Assembly: GCA_900617105.1 (NCBI GenBank)
Contig: UYFQ01000001.1
Span: 2,232,001 to 2,296,000 of the forward strand
Length of the DNA: 64,000 bases
Origin: Hydrurus foetidus
Taxonomy: Eukaryota
Direction: 5' to 3'
Under the pieces are notes generated by a model. It was not told where the DNA came from. It saw only the letters and a list, made by a program, of their open reading frames with translations, and searched no databases. Of this stretch, positions 11,509-21,177 are shown in pieces (the first letter of the stretch is position 1; the number at the start of each line of letters is the position of its first letter). The translations under genes were made by a program, and so were the position numbers.

Positions 11509-11799
11509 CTAGAGCGCCTGATGCTCGTCAGCGAATGAGCCAACCGCCGCATGTACCGCGTTCCAGTCAGCGCACCAGCCGTTGGCCTGCTGCTGGCGCG
11601 TGGCTTTGGCGCGCTGCTGCACTGCGACGTAATCGGTCAGCAGCGCCTCAACTGTGGCAGACAGATTGGCGGTGTAGCTCTTGGCTTGCGACACCACGCC
11701 GTCACTTAAGGTGAGGTTGACGGCGCGTTTGGTGGTCGCAGTTGGTCTAGTCTTTACAGCAGGCGCTGTGTCACGTGTGTGAGAGTTAAGGCTTGGCAT
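11509..11799 (-). CDS. ccdA: CcdA-family antitoxin
   Basis: KRAVNLTL (RHH strand), NLSATVE and C-terminal GSFADEH. Confidence 0.85.
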   Translation of the reverse strand: MPSLNSHTRDTAPAVKTRPTATTKRAVNLTLSDGVVSQAKSYTANLSATVEALLTDYVAVQQRAKATRQQQANGWCADWNAVHAAVGSFADEHQAL

Positions 11800-11822
11800 A
11801 TTTGAGGCCTTTCAATGGCTGT

Positions 11823-11841
11823 ATGCGCATATTATGCGCAT
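11823..11841. promoter_or_regulatory. Putative ccdAB autoregulatory operator
   Basis: Two palindromic ATGCGCAT octamers separated by ATT, about 24 bp upstream of the ccdA start. Confidence 0.55.
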
Positions 11842-11910
11842 GATTGCGTTTGGGCAGTTGCTGTTTTGAATTGCGGAAAGCGTTTTAGCGTACTTTCGGC
11901 GTTCAAATTC

Positions 11911-11958
11911 GCCTATATACCAATAGATACGGGCGTTCGCAGCTATTTAAATAATAGC
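11911..11958 (+). repeat. 48-bp dispersed element, copy 3
   Basis: GCCTATA-TACCAATAGATACGGGC-GTTCGCA-GCTATTTAAATAATAGC. Confidence 0.85.
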
Positions 11959-12040
11959 GTTCTGGCACGTCATCGTCATCGTGTTGTCACACTGGCTGGC
12001 GACTATAGGAGCTTTCTCGTTACAACAAGAGGATGCTTTC

Positions 12041-13435
12041 ATGCCGTCATTGAATTTATTTAAGCTGCCAGCCGCCGTTACGTCGGGTGCTGCCGCGGCT
12101 GCCGTGGCCGCGTTGGGTTTAGTCAGCACGCTCACTACGCCGCTGCATGCGCAAACCGCTTTTCCGGCCACACTGGCGGGTCATGTGGTGATGCCTGCTC
12201 TGTCTTTTATTGCAACGCCGGCAGATGCGCCCGCTGATTTGCAAGTCAGCGGCAAATTCACATCGGGCAAGCGGGTCGAAGCACCGGGCAGCGTAGAGGG
12301 AATGTCTGCCGGCCGGCCTACCGGTGTGTCGTTGCCGTTCAAGGGCCAGCCGCTACAAGGCCATTCAGGAATTAAAAAAATGCCGGACGGCAGCTACTGG
12401 ATATTGACCGACAACGGCTTTGGCTCCAAAGCCAATTCGCCCGACGCGATGCTGTACCTGAACCGATACGCGATTGACTTTAAAGCGGGCAGCATGAGAA
12501 AGCTCGAGACGATTTTTCTGCATGACCCCGATAAAAAAGTGCCGTTTCGAATTGTTCATGAAGGCACCCCAAAACGCTACCTGACTGGCAGCGACTTCGA
12601 CACAGAAAGCTTTCAGTTCGCGGGCGGTGCGCTCTGGATTGGCGACGAGTTTGGGCCTTTTTTAATCAAGGCAGATCTAACCGGCAAAGCACTTGCCGTG
12701 TTTGACACTCTGGTTGACGGCAAAGTGGTGCGCTCGCCTGACAACCCGGCTTTGACCACACCTGCCGCACCTGGCGGTACGGTTGACTTTCAAGTACGGC
12801 GATCCAAAGGTTTTGAGGGCATGGCGGCTTCCAAAGACGGCAGCAAGCTGTATGCGTTGCTAGAAGGCGCCTTGTACGACACTGCCACCAAGGCCAACGA
12901 AAAGCTTGGCGACAAAGACTACCTGCGCGTGCTGGAGTTTGACGTAAAAACCGAGAGCTGGACCGGCCGCCACTGGAAGTACGTGCTGGAGGCCAACAGC
13001 CATGCGATTGGCGATTTCAACATGATTGACGGCACGACGGGCTTGATCATTGAGCGCGACAACGGCGAAGGCACGCTTGATAGAGCCTGCCCGGCAGAAC
13101 AAAAACGTACCGACTGCTTTCACGACATTGCCAAGTTCAAACGCGTCTACAAAGTTGAAATGAGCGATGCCAACGTGGGCGGCGCGATTAGAAAAATTGC
13201 CTATATCGACCTGATGTCAATCGCTGACCCGGCCAAGCTGGCCCGCAAGCCATTGAACAATGGGATGCTGACCTTTCCCTTTTTCACCATTGAAAACGTC
13301 GATATTGTTGACAGCATGCACATCGTGGTGGGCAATGACAACAACTTGCCGTTTTCAAGCAGCCGCGAGCCCAACAAGGCTGACGACAGTGAATTGGTAC
13401 TGCTGGAGGTCGCTGAGTTTTTGAAGGCGAAATAG
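12041..13435 (+). CDS. Secreted esterase-like/phytase-family beta-propeller protein
   Basis: Signal peptide; LTDNGFGSKANS, DEFGP, SKGFEGMA and NDNNLPFS motifs; GAGG RBS before ATG 12041. Confidence 0.8.
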   Translation: MPSLNLFKLPAAVTSGAAAAAVAALGLVSTLTTPLHAQTAFPATLAGHVVMPALSFIATPADAPADLQVSGKFTSGKRVEAPGSVEGMSAGRPTGVSLPFKGQPLQGHSGIKKMPDGSYWILTDNGFGSKANSPDAMLYLNRYAIDFKAGSMRKLETIFLHDPDKKVPFRIVHEGTPKRYLTGSDFDTESFQFAGGALWIGDEFGPFLIKADLTGKALAVFDTLVDGKVVRSPDNPALTTPAAPGGTVDFQVRRSKGFEGMAASKDGSKLYALLEGALYDTATKANEKLGDKDYLRVLEFDVKTESWTGRHWKYVLEANSHAIGDFNMIDGTTGLIIERDNGEGTLDRACPAEQKRTDCFHDIAKFKRVYKVEMSDANVGGAIRKIAYIDLMSIADPAKLARKPLNNGMLTFPFFTIENVDIVDSMHIVVGNDNNLPFSSSREPNKADDSELVLLEVAEFLKAK

Positions 13436-13459
13436 GCGACGTCAAAACGCAGCGGGATG

Positions 13460-13879
13460 CTAATCGGCCTTGTTGCGCATCCAGTCAGCGGTTTGAAAAA
13501 ACGATGCGTTCAGGCGCGTGCGAAGCTCCTCATCCACACCGGTTTCGAGCATCGCCTGGTTCATGCAGGCCAGCCACTGGTCGCGCTCTTTGATACCAAT
13601 CGGTCCGCCGCCGGTTTGCTGCGGCAGGTGGCGCATTTTCAGCATGGGCTGCCCAACACGCTCGGTGTAGTGCTGCGGGCCACCCAGCCAGCCGCATAGA
13701 AACCAGAACAAACGCTGGCGAGCGTTATCTAGCGGCCCGGCGTGCGCGGCGCGCAAGGCGCTGTAGCCAGGCTCCAAATCCATCAGGTCGTAAAAGCGCT
13801 CGACCAGCGCTTTTACTTTTGCCTCACCGCCTATCCATTCAAAGGATGTGTCAAATTTTGGTTTTTCTTGAATTTGCAT
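13460..13879 (-). CDS. Group II truncated hemoglobin
   Basis: IGGE...LVERFYDLM, WLGGP, MRH and ERDQWL motifs. Confidence 0.9.
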   Translation of the reverse strand: MQIQEKPKFDTSFEWIGGEAKVKALVERFYDLMDLEPGYSALRAAHAGPLDNARQRLFWFLCGWLGGPQHYTERVGQPMLKMRHLPQQTGGGPIGIKERDQWLACMNQAMLETGVDEELRTRLNASFFQTADWMRNKAD

Positions 13880-13917
13880 AAAAGGGGGATCTGGACCTTC
13901 AATTGGGATTAAAAGTA

Positions 13918-13965
13918 ACTTGTAGCCCAATAAATACAGGCGCGAGCAGCTATTACTTAAATAGC
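13918..13965 (+). repeat. 48-bp dispersed element, copy 4
   Basis: ACTTGTA-GCCCAATAAATACAGGC-GCGAGCA-GCTATTACTTAAATAGC. Confidence 0.92.
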
Positions 13966-13979
13966 AGCTCTAACTCCCG

Positions 13980-15026
13980 TCACGGCTTGGCCGCGGTGTT
14001 TACTGTTGGGCTGACCAACTCAACCTGAAAACCTTGGGCTCGCATCAGCGCAGGCAAGCCTTGAGCGCCAACCATGTGCAGCACGCCAACGCCTGCAAAA
14101 ACGCGCTTGCCGCTGGCGTGCAGTTGACTGATTTTTTCAGCCATCAGCACATTGCGGTCGTCAAGCAAACGCTTCATAAAAGCGCGGTCTTCAGCAGTGT
14201 CCATGCAGTTGCACCAATCGGCGTAATTGTCGAGCTGGGTCACGTCAGCTTGCGCCCAAACCTGCAGCATGGTCTTCATTTGTCCGCGCGCCTTGCCTGA
14301 CTCAAGCTGGTCAAGCGCGCTGTCTACAAACAGGCGTTCTTCTGTTTCGTTTCGACCAGAGAGCAAGTCGAGCTGGTCTTGCGCGGACTCGAGCGCAACA
14401 ATCGGCTTTTTAAGCGACTGCGCCAGCCCTGCCAGCATGGCGTCAATTCCAAAATCGACATAAAACCCGCTGTGCCTGGCGTCTAGCGCAAGTAGCGTAG
14501 CGGCTTGAATGACAGGCCGCCTGGTGTCGAGAGCATTGGGCGGCAAGCAGGCTACATCGGTTAGCCGCGCGATGCGCGCCAGTCGCGTTGCGTCAAGCAC
14601 GCGGGCGATTCGTGCGGGGTCAGCAGGTTGGATCAAAGGCTTGAGCGATTCAGCATCAAGCAAGTTGAGCTCTAGCGCCAACATGTCGGCCTGCTGCATT
14701 GCGCGCACCACATTGCGACCCGGAAAAACCCAATCTGCGCTGGACACATGCGCAGTTCCGTAAAGCCAAGACGACTGCCCAGCTTGGGTGATGCGCCACA
14801 GCGGCCCGCGGTCTTGGGCGTTGCGCAGACCTTGCTGTATTCGCTCGGGCGTCAACGCATCAGGCGGTGGCGGGCACGCAGGTTTTGCGGTGTTGACTGC
14901 AGTAACTTGCGCGCCCGCCCATCCGGTTGCAAAAAGGCTGCAGCTCGCCAGCACCAGCATCGCCACCCACTGCGCCAGGCCACCTGCTGCGCAGCGCTTG
15001 GTTTGATGGGTCAGGCGGCCAACCAT
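13980..15026 (-). CDS. TraB/GumN family protein
   Basis: LWRI...LYGTAH, GID, ALES, LLDDRN and GVGVLHM motifs; start chosen just after the upstream permease stop. Confidence 0.85.
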   Translation of the reverse strand: MVGRLTHQTKRCAAGGLAQWVAMLVLASCSLFATGWAGAQVTAVNTAKPACPPPPDALTPERIQQGLRNAQDRGPLWRITQAGQSSWLYGTAHVSSADWVFPGRNVVRAMQQADMLALELNLLDAESLKPLIQPADPARIARVLDATRLARIARLTDVACLPPNALDTRRPVIQAATLLALDARHSGFYVDFGIDAMLAGLAQSLKKPIVALESAQDQLDLLSGRNETEERLFVDSALDQLESGKARGQMKTMLQVWAQADVTQLDNYADWCNCMDTAEDRAFMKRLLDDRNVLMAEKISQLHASGKRVFAGVGVLHMVGAQGLPALMRAQGFQVELVSPTVNTAAKP

Positions 15027-15028
15027 CA

Positions 15029-17587
15029 CTACTGCGCCTTGCGCAGCGTTTCTACCACCGGCGTATTCAGCACCGACCGCAAGCCCCACCAGCCAGCCGC
15101 CAGCGCCAGCGCAGCGCCTGCCAGGCTGCCGAACAGCGGCACCGTCCATGAGCCAGTCCACGCAAAGTCAAAAACAAACTTGGCCAAGCCCCAACCTACG
15201 GCCAGCGCCACCACTGACGCTAAAAACCCAGCCAGCAAACCGACACCCGCCAGCTCGGCCCGCTGCACTTGCCTGAGCAAACTGGCGCGCGCGCCTACCG
15301 CCCGCATGATGGCAAATTCTTTGGCACGCTCTTCACGGGTTGCAGTAATGGCTGCGAATAACACTACCAACCCGGCAGCCAGTGTGAAGCCGAACAAAAA
15401 TTCGACCGCACGAATGACCTGGTCAAGCACTCGCTGCACTTGCGCGATGGTCGTGGTGGTATCTACATTGGTGATGTTGGGGAATGCTTTGACGAGCGTG
15501 TTGTCGAAGCTTTGCGCTTTTGGCTGGCCCGGCACTTGCGCGGCAACTTCAGGCGCGCGAAAGGCGCTGATGTAAGACACCGGCACATCAGTGACCTCCG
15601 CTACCGGGTACATCACAAAAAAGTTAACCCGCATCGAGCCCCAATCGACCTTGCGCAAGCTGGTAATTTTGGCGCTGCTGACTTGCCCGCCAATGTCAAA
15701 GCTAAGTGCATCACCCAACTTCAAGCCTAGCGTTTTGGCAATGCCTTCTTCTACACTTATCGCGCCTTTTTCTTCATCTGTCCACTTGCCTGCAATGGTT
15801 TGGTTGTGCGCAGGTTGCTTGGCAGCGTTGGATAAATTGAACTCGCGGTCGACCAGGCGCTTGGCGCGGTCATCCGTGAAGTCGTCTGGCGTGATGGACT
15901 TGTTATTGACAGCGACCAAGCGGCCCCGAATCATCGGGTACCAGTCAAACTTTTTAACACCGGCGTCAACCAGGGCTTTTTTGAACGCGTCGCCTTGCTC
16001 GGGCTGCACGTTGATCACAAAACGATTCGGCGCATCAGGCGGCGTGGCTTTGCGCCAGCTGTCAACCAAATCAGTGCGCAGCAGCACCAGCAGCATCAGC
16101 GCAAGCAGCCCCACGGCCAATGCGCTTGTTTGCACCACGGCGTAGGCAGGCCGTGCGGATAGCTGGCGCGTGGCCAACACCAACCAGCGCGGGGCAACGT
16201 CTTCGTTCACGCTGGCTCTCAATAGCTTGACCGCGGCATAACTTGCTGCCGCAAACAACAACACCGCGCCTGCAAAACCGCCGACTGCAATCAAGCCCAA
16301 TTTCAAGTCGCTGCTGGCCGCTACCAGCAGTGCCGCAAAGCCCAACATGCCCACCCCCAGCACTGCGATTGATGCGGGTTTTAAGTTGCCCACATCACGG
16401 CGAATCACGCGCAGCGGCGGCACAGACGCGAGCTGCAACACCGGCGGCAAACCAAAGGCCAGCAGTAGCGTTAAGCCCATGCCCATGCCAAACGCCACCG
16501 GCCACAGCGTAGCAGCAGGCAGCGCACTTTCAACCAGCCCAGCCAGCAGCAGCACAAAGCCGTAGTGCACGGCAAAACCAATCGCCACACCCAGCGCGCT
16601 GGCAAACAAACCAGCAAGCACAAATTCAAACGCATACGCGGCAGCGATGGTGCGCTGCGGTTGGCCCAGCACGCGCAGCATGGCGCAATCGTCTAAATGC
16701 TTGGCGGCAAAACCGCGCGCCACAATCGCAACCGCCACCGCGCTTAGCAACGCCGCCAGCAGCGCAACCAGGTTTAAAAACTTCTCGGCCCGGTCTAGCG
16801 TTTGCCGCATTTCAGGGCTACCGGATTCCAGTGATTCGAGCCGCACACCGCGAATGCCGGACTGTTCAAACGGTTTTTTAATTTCTAGCGCGGCCCATTG
16901 CACATAGCTAGCTACGGCCTTGTCGTCACCTGCCACGGCAAAGCGGTAATTGGTGCGGCTGGCCGGTTGGATCAAACCCGTGGCCGCCACGTCTTTTTGG
17001 TTGATCATGGCGCGCGGTGAAAAGCTGATAAAGCCCGCCCCCCGGTCGGGCTCTTGCGTGATCACGCGTGTGACTTTAAAACTGGCATCACCCATCAGCA
17101 GCGTTTGCCCGATCTTCAACCCCAGAGAGTCGAGCAGCGCCGGGTCAACCCACGCCGTTCCCGGCGCCGGGACATCACGGGTGCTTTCGCCCTTGCCTTC
17201 TGCGGTGCTGCTTACCAGCAAGCTGCCGCGCAGAGGGTAGCCTTCAGGCACGGCTTTAAACGCCGCCAGTTTGCTGGCACCGCCGTCAGCGTCAGTTGCC
17301 CGCGCCATAGTCGGAAAGCTCACGCTTAGCGCCGACTTCAAACCCAATTCTTGCGCTTTGGCAATGAACGCGCCAGGTGTGGCTTCATCGCTGCGCAGTA
17401 CCGCGTCGCCGCCCAGTAATTGCCGCGCATCGCGCTGCAAACCGCCTTTGAGCCGGTCTGCAAAAAACCCGACCGCTGTCAGCGCCGCCACCGCCAGCGT
17501 GACCGCCACAATCAGCAGCCGCAATTCACCAGCCCGCAAGTCGCGCCACAGCGTGCGCCAGCCTAATTTAATGAAAAGTATGTTCAT
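15029..17587 (-). CDS. ABC transporter permease, YbbP/FtsX-like (two FtsX repeats)
   Basis: WRDLRAGELRLL, LLGGD, YPLRG, PNRFVINVQP and VDWGSMRVNFF motifs. Confidence 0.9.
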   Translation of the reverse strand: MNILFIKLGWRTLWRDLRAGELRLLIVAVTLAVAALTAVGFFADRLKGGLQRDARQLLGGDAVLRSDEATPGAFIAKAQELGLKSALSVSFPTMARATDADGGASKLAAFKAVPEGYPLRGSLLVSSTAEGKGESTRDVPAPGTAWVDPALLDSLGLKIGQTLLMGDASFKVTRVITQEPDRGAGFISFSPRAMINQKDVAATGLIQPASRTNYRFAVAGDDKAVASYVQWAALEIKKPFEQSGIRGVRLESLESGSPEMRQTLDRAEKFLNLVALLAALLSAVAVAIVARGFAAKHLDDCAMLRVLGQPQRTIAAAYAFEFVLAGLFASALGVAIGFAVHYGFVLLLAGLVESALPAATLWPVAFGMGMGLTLLLAFGLPPVLQLASVPPLRVIRRDVGNLKPASIAVLGVGMLGFAALLVAASSDLKLGLIAVGGFAGAVLLFAAASYAAVKLLRASVNEDVAPRWLVLATRQLSARPAYAVVQTSALAVGLLALMLLVLLRTDLVDSWRKATPPDAPNRFVINVQPEQGDAFKKALVDAGVKKFDWYPMIRGRLVAVNNKSITPDDFTDDRAKRLVDREFNLSNAAKQPAHNQTIAGKWTDEEKGAISVEEGIAKTLGLKLGDALSFDIGGQVSSAKITSLRKVDWGSMRVNFFVMYPVAEVTDVPVSYISAFRAPEVAAQVPGQPKAQSFDNTLVKAFPNITNVDTTTTIAQVQRVLDQVIRAVEFLFGFTLAAGLVVLFAAITATREERAKEFAIMRAVGARASLLRQVQRAELAGVGLLAGFLASVVALAVGWGLAKFVFDFAWTGSWTVPLFGSLAGAALALAAGWWGLRSVLNTPVVETLRKAQ

Positions 17588-17616
17588 GCCCTTACCTTAA
17601 CGCAAAGGCGCATGCC

Positions 17617-19128
17617 TTACTTTACTTGCGGAATTGCTGCAGTTGCTGCGGGCGTGACTGCTGGCAACCGGCCAAGGCGCACTTCAAGCGCCTCTAGAAA
17701 CGGTTTGATGTCGGCGCCCATTGAGATTTGCGGGTTTGAAAAGCCATCCGCCTTGCCCGCATCAATTTCGCGCTGCTTGATTAACGGCACCGCGTTGGCA
17801 AACGCTTGGCTGAAGGAATGTGTTTTACGCAATTGCTCGTCAAACAGAGCCCTGCCAAAAAAAGTGAGTTCTGACAAGCGCCCGCAGCCATAAGAGGTGT
17901 GCGTGGCGTCTGCCGCTGTCATCACCAGCGTATGCGCATCGGCCAATGGCGCTATCCAGCCGCCCGAATAGCAAGCCGACACGGCAATCACGCGGTTGCG
18001 AATGCCCGCTTTGTCTAGCGCGCTGCGCAATTGCTGCGGCGTAAGCGGCTCAACGTCTAGCGGCCAATGCGATGCGGCCAGCTTGAAGTCGCTGCCGCCA
18101 TGCGACGTGAGGTAGACCACCAGCAAGTCGTTGTCAACGTCCATGCGTTTGCCCAGCGCGTCAATGGCGCGCTCAATATTGAGTGGCGTGGCCCACACGT
18201 GGGTTGGCGCGGTGGTGGGGTGATTGAGCAAATGCAACACCCGCCCGCCTGCATCAAAGCGGTCGGCCAGCACGCTGCTGACCAGCGTGCTCTCGCGCTT
18301 GAAAACGTCTTCATCGGCGTAGGGCGCAAACACCAGGCCGTACACATCGGTTACGCCTTCTCGCTGCGGAGTCAGCGCATTGACTTGGTTTTGCAGCAAC
18401 GCCTGCTGCGCCTCAAAGGTTTGTTGATCCAGGCGCAAACGCGGCTTAGCGGCGTCGAGCTTGTCTTGCTGTGAATAGTCTTGTTGCCAGGCGCGCTGCG
18501 GCTGCTGCCACATACTGATGCCTGTGCAGCCCACCATGATCAGCATAAACACCGCGTTGCGCGCCGACCAGCCAATAAAGCGGCGCATCAACACTGCCAG
18601 CGCGCCAAACGACCACAGCACAAACACCCCGTACATAGCCCAGTAAGCTGCAGGGCTCGATAAAGCACTTAACGTCAACCAGCGCTGGGTCAAGCTGGCC
18701 TGGAACAAACTGAACACCAGCAAGCTGGGCACTGCAGCCCCCAGCGACAATACAAAAACTGCCGCCAGTCGACTGACGCGCTGGCCATTTGGAGCACCGT
18801 CTGCGCTGGGCAACGCCCACCAAGCAGCGGCCGCAAACACCAGCCAAGACCACCAGCTAGACAACCAGGCCTGCGTGTTGAACAGGGCAGGCCCGAAAAC
18901 TTCAAGGCGGGCGAGCGCTGTCTCGAGGGCAAAAAACAAAGCAGTCAGGCCAGCTGCTTGCAGTGGTAAAGGCGAGCAACCCGCTGTGCGCGGCACCAGA
19001 AAAACACCGGCGCGCAGGCCCTCAAGCAGCCAGCGCAGCGTAGTCAAGCAATCTGCGTTACCTGTATTTTGGCCGCGGTGTGGTTGTGGAGGTGCAGTTG
19101 CTGCGAAGGAATCGTAGGCGTCATTCAT
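17617..19128 (-). CDS. Membrane-anchored peptidase C13 (legumain-like) family protein
   Basis: N-terminal TM helices; catalytic His and Cys motifs YLTSHG and SACYSGG. Confidence 0.85.
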   Translation of the reverse strand: MNDAYDSFAATAPPQPHRGQNTGNADCLTTLRWLLEGLRAGVFLVPRTAGCSPLPLQAAGLTALFFALETALARLEVFGPALFNTQAWLSSWWSWLVFAAAAWWALPSADGAPNGQRVSRLAAVFVLSLGAAVPSLLVFSLFQASLTQRWLTLSALSSPAAYWAMYGVFVLWSFGALAVLMRRFIGWSARNAVFMLIMVGCTGISMWQQPQRAWQQDYSQQDKLDAAKPRLRLDQQTFEAQQALLQNQVNALTPQREGVTDVYGLVFAPYADEDVFKRESTLVSSVLADRFDAGGRVLHLLNHPTTAPTHVWATPLNIERAIDALGKRMDVDNDLLVVYLTSHGGSDFKLAASHWPLDVEPLTPQQLRSALDKAGIRNRVIAVSACYSGGWIAPLADAHTLVMTAADATHTSYGCGRLSELTFFGRALFDEQLRKTHSFSQAFANAVPLIKQREIDAGKADGFSNPQISMGADIKPFLEALEVRLGRLPAVTPAATAAIPQVK

Positions 19129-19216
19129 AAGCGCAATGATGCCACGCCGCAGCTGCAAACTGGCTGATACTTGCGGGCTGCACCGGCTGCCCAGGCGTCA
19201 GAACCAGGCTTTATTT

Positions 19217-19264
19217 GCTATTTATACAGGAGCTGCTCGCGCCCGTATTTGTTGGTCTAGAGGG
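19217..19264 (-). repeat. 48-bp dispersed element, copy 5
   Basis: Plus strand GCTATTTATACAGGAGC-TGCTCGC-GCCCGTATTTGTTGGTC-TAGAGGG. Confidence 0.9.
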
Positions 19265-19290
19265 CTATTTGTATCAAAAATAGCCCTCTA
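19258..19290 (-). terminator. Hairpin downstream of the OFA transporter gene, probable terminator
   Basis: Perfect 13-bp inverted repeat TAGAGGGCTATTT...AAATAGCCCTCTA that overlaps the end of repeat copy 5. Confidence 0.55.
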
Positions 19291-19317
19291 AATCGGCAAT
19301 CTGACCTATAAAAAGCG

Positions 19318-20946
19318 TCACGCAAAAAACTTGGCCACGCTCAGCAGCGTGCGGTACACACCCCAAGCCAACGGCAGGCCAACAGCCGCCCACGCAAAAG
19401 CTACCAGCGCCGGGCTAACGGTTGCAGTGTTTGCCGCGCCACTGCCCACTTCAGACGCTACCATTTTCTCGTGAGCGAGCTTTTTCTCAGCGGCCAGCTC
19501 GGCGTCGGTCATGAACCATTTGGCATCGAGTGGCTTGACGAGCAAGTTGCAAATCAGGCCCACCACCAGCATGCCGACCAAAATGTACATGGTCTGGTTG
19601 TAAACCTGCTCACGCGGTATTCCCAAACCCAGCTGATATTCACGCATGTAGTTCACCACCACCGGGCCCAGCACGCCAGCTGTAGCCCAAGCAGTCAATA
19701 AACGGCCATGAATAGCGCCCACCATTTGCGTGCCGAACAAGTCAGCCAGATAGGCAGGAACGGTGGCAAAACCGCCGCCATACATGCTCAAAATCACGCA
19801 AAACGCGCCTACAAACAGCACAATGCTGCCCGCGCCAGCACTGCCCGGCACGCTGAAATACATTAAACCGCCCAGCACAAAAAACACGATGTAAGTAATT
19901 TTGCGGCCCATCTTGTCAGACAAGCTCGCCCAGAAAAATCGGCCGCCAATGTTGAACAAACTCAGCAGCGCGGTAAAGCCTGCGGCCACAGTAGCAATAG
20001 CTGCAAGCTGGCCTTTGTCAAGCTCACCAAACTTTTTGGCCACACCGATCAACGAGCCGCCAAAGACTTCTTGCAGCATGGGCGACGCCATGCCAATCAC
20101 GCCGATACCGGCAGACACATTCATGCACAGCACCACCCAAATCAGCCAGAACTGCGGAATGCCCCACACTTTGCTGACGTGCACGTGCTTTTGCGTAATC
20201 ATGGCATTGCTGACCTGTGCAGGCGGCGGCGTCCAGCCTGCGGGCTTCCAGCCGGTCTCGGGCACGCGGTAACCAAAAGCACCGGCCATCATGAAGACAA
20301 AGTAAACCAGTGCCATCACGACAAAAGTTTGCGCCACACCCACATTGGTGGGTGAGGCAAAATTTTTCATCAAATCAGCCGCCAGTGGCGAGCCAATCAT
20401 GGCGCCGCCGCCGAAACCCATAATGGCCATGCCAGTAGCCATGCCGCGGCGGTCTGGAAACCATTTAATCAAGGTGGATACAGGCGAGATGTAGCCCAGC
20501 CCCAAGCCAATGCCGCCAATAACCCCGCTGCCCAAAATCATCAGCCAAAACTGGTGGGTATAAATACCCAGGGCAGAAATCAGCATGCCGCCGCACCAGC
20601 AGCAGGCTGCCACCACACCGGCCTTGCGCGGGCCAGAACGTTCCAGCCAGCCGCCCCAGACAGCAGCAGACGAGCCCAGAATGACAAAAAACATCGTGTA
20701 CATCCAGCCGAGCGTGGAAATTTTCCAGTCGCAGCTGGTGGTGAACAACTCCTGAAAAAAGCCGACATCAGGCCCGCATTTAACAGCGTCTTTAATGCCC
20801 AGCGCTTTTGAAAGCGGCAACCAAAACACTGAAAAACCATAAGCCATGCCAATACACAAGTGAATGGCAAGTGCAGCGGGCGGTACCAGCCAGCGGTTAA
20901 AGCCCGGCCCGGCAATGATGCGTTCTTTATCCAAGATTCCCGACAT
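19318..20946 (-). CDS. OFA-family (oxalate:formate antiporter-like) MFS transporter
   Basis: FNRWLVPPAALAIHLCIGMAYGFSVFW, KWFPDRRGMATGMAIMGFGGGA and YGGGFATVPAYLADLFG motifs. Confidence 0.9.
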   Translation of the reverse strand: MSGILDKERIIAGPGFNRWLVPPAALAIHLCIGMAYGFSVFWLPLSKALGIKDAVKCGPDVGFFQELFTTSCDWKISTLGWMYTMFFVILGSSAAVWGGWLERSGPRKAGVVAACCWCGGMLISALGIYTHQFWLMILGSGVIGGIGLGLGYISPVSTLIKWFPDRRGMATGMAIMGFGGGAMIGSPLAADLMKNFASPTNVGVAQTFVVMALVYFVFMMAGAFGYRVPETGWKPAGWTPPPAQVSNAMITQKHVHVSKVWGIPQFWLIWVVLCMNVSAGIGVIGMASPMLQEVFGGSLIGVAKKFGELDKGQLAAIATVAAGFTALLSLFNIGGRFFWASLSDKMGRKITYIVFFVLGGLMYFSVPGSAGAGSIVLFVGAFCVILSMYGGGFATVPAYLADLFGTQMVGAIHGRLLTAWATAGVLGPVVVNYMREYQLGLGIPREQVYNQTMYILVGMLVVGLICNLLVKPLDAKWFMTDAELAAEKKLAHEKMVASEVGSGAANTATVSPALVAFAWAAVGLPLAWGVYRTLLSVAKFFA

Positions 20947-21177
20947 ATTTGTCTTCCTTTTGTTATGGTTTATCACTAACAGCGCAAACTTTTCGCAAGC
21001 GCGAGTGTTAGCTAGAGCGTCACTTGGGTCAAATTAATTCGGCAAATAGTGAGATTCAGTAACTAAATACTTGAACGTTTGGACAGCTATTTACAGGCTT
21101 TTACTTTGCTCTCCATCTGCTATGTCTCTATCTGCTTTTTCTACGCTCTTTCTCCGCTATTTTCCAGCCGACCGCTT

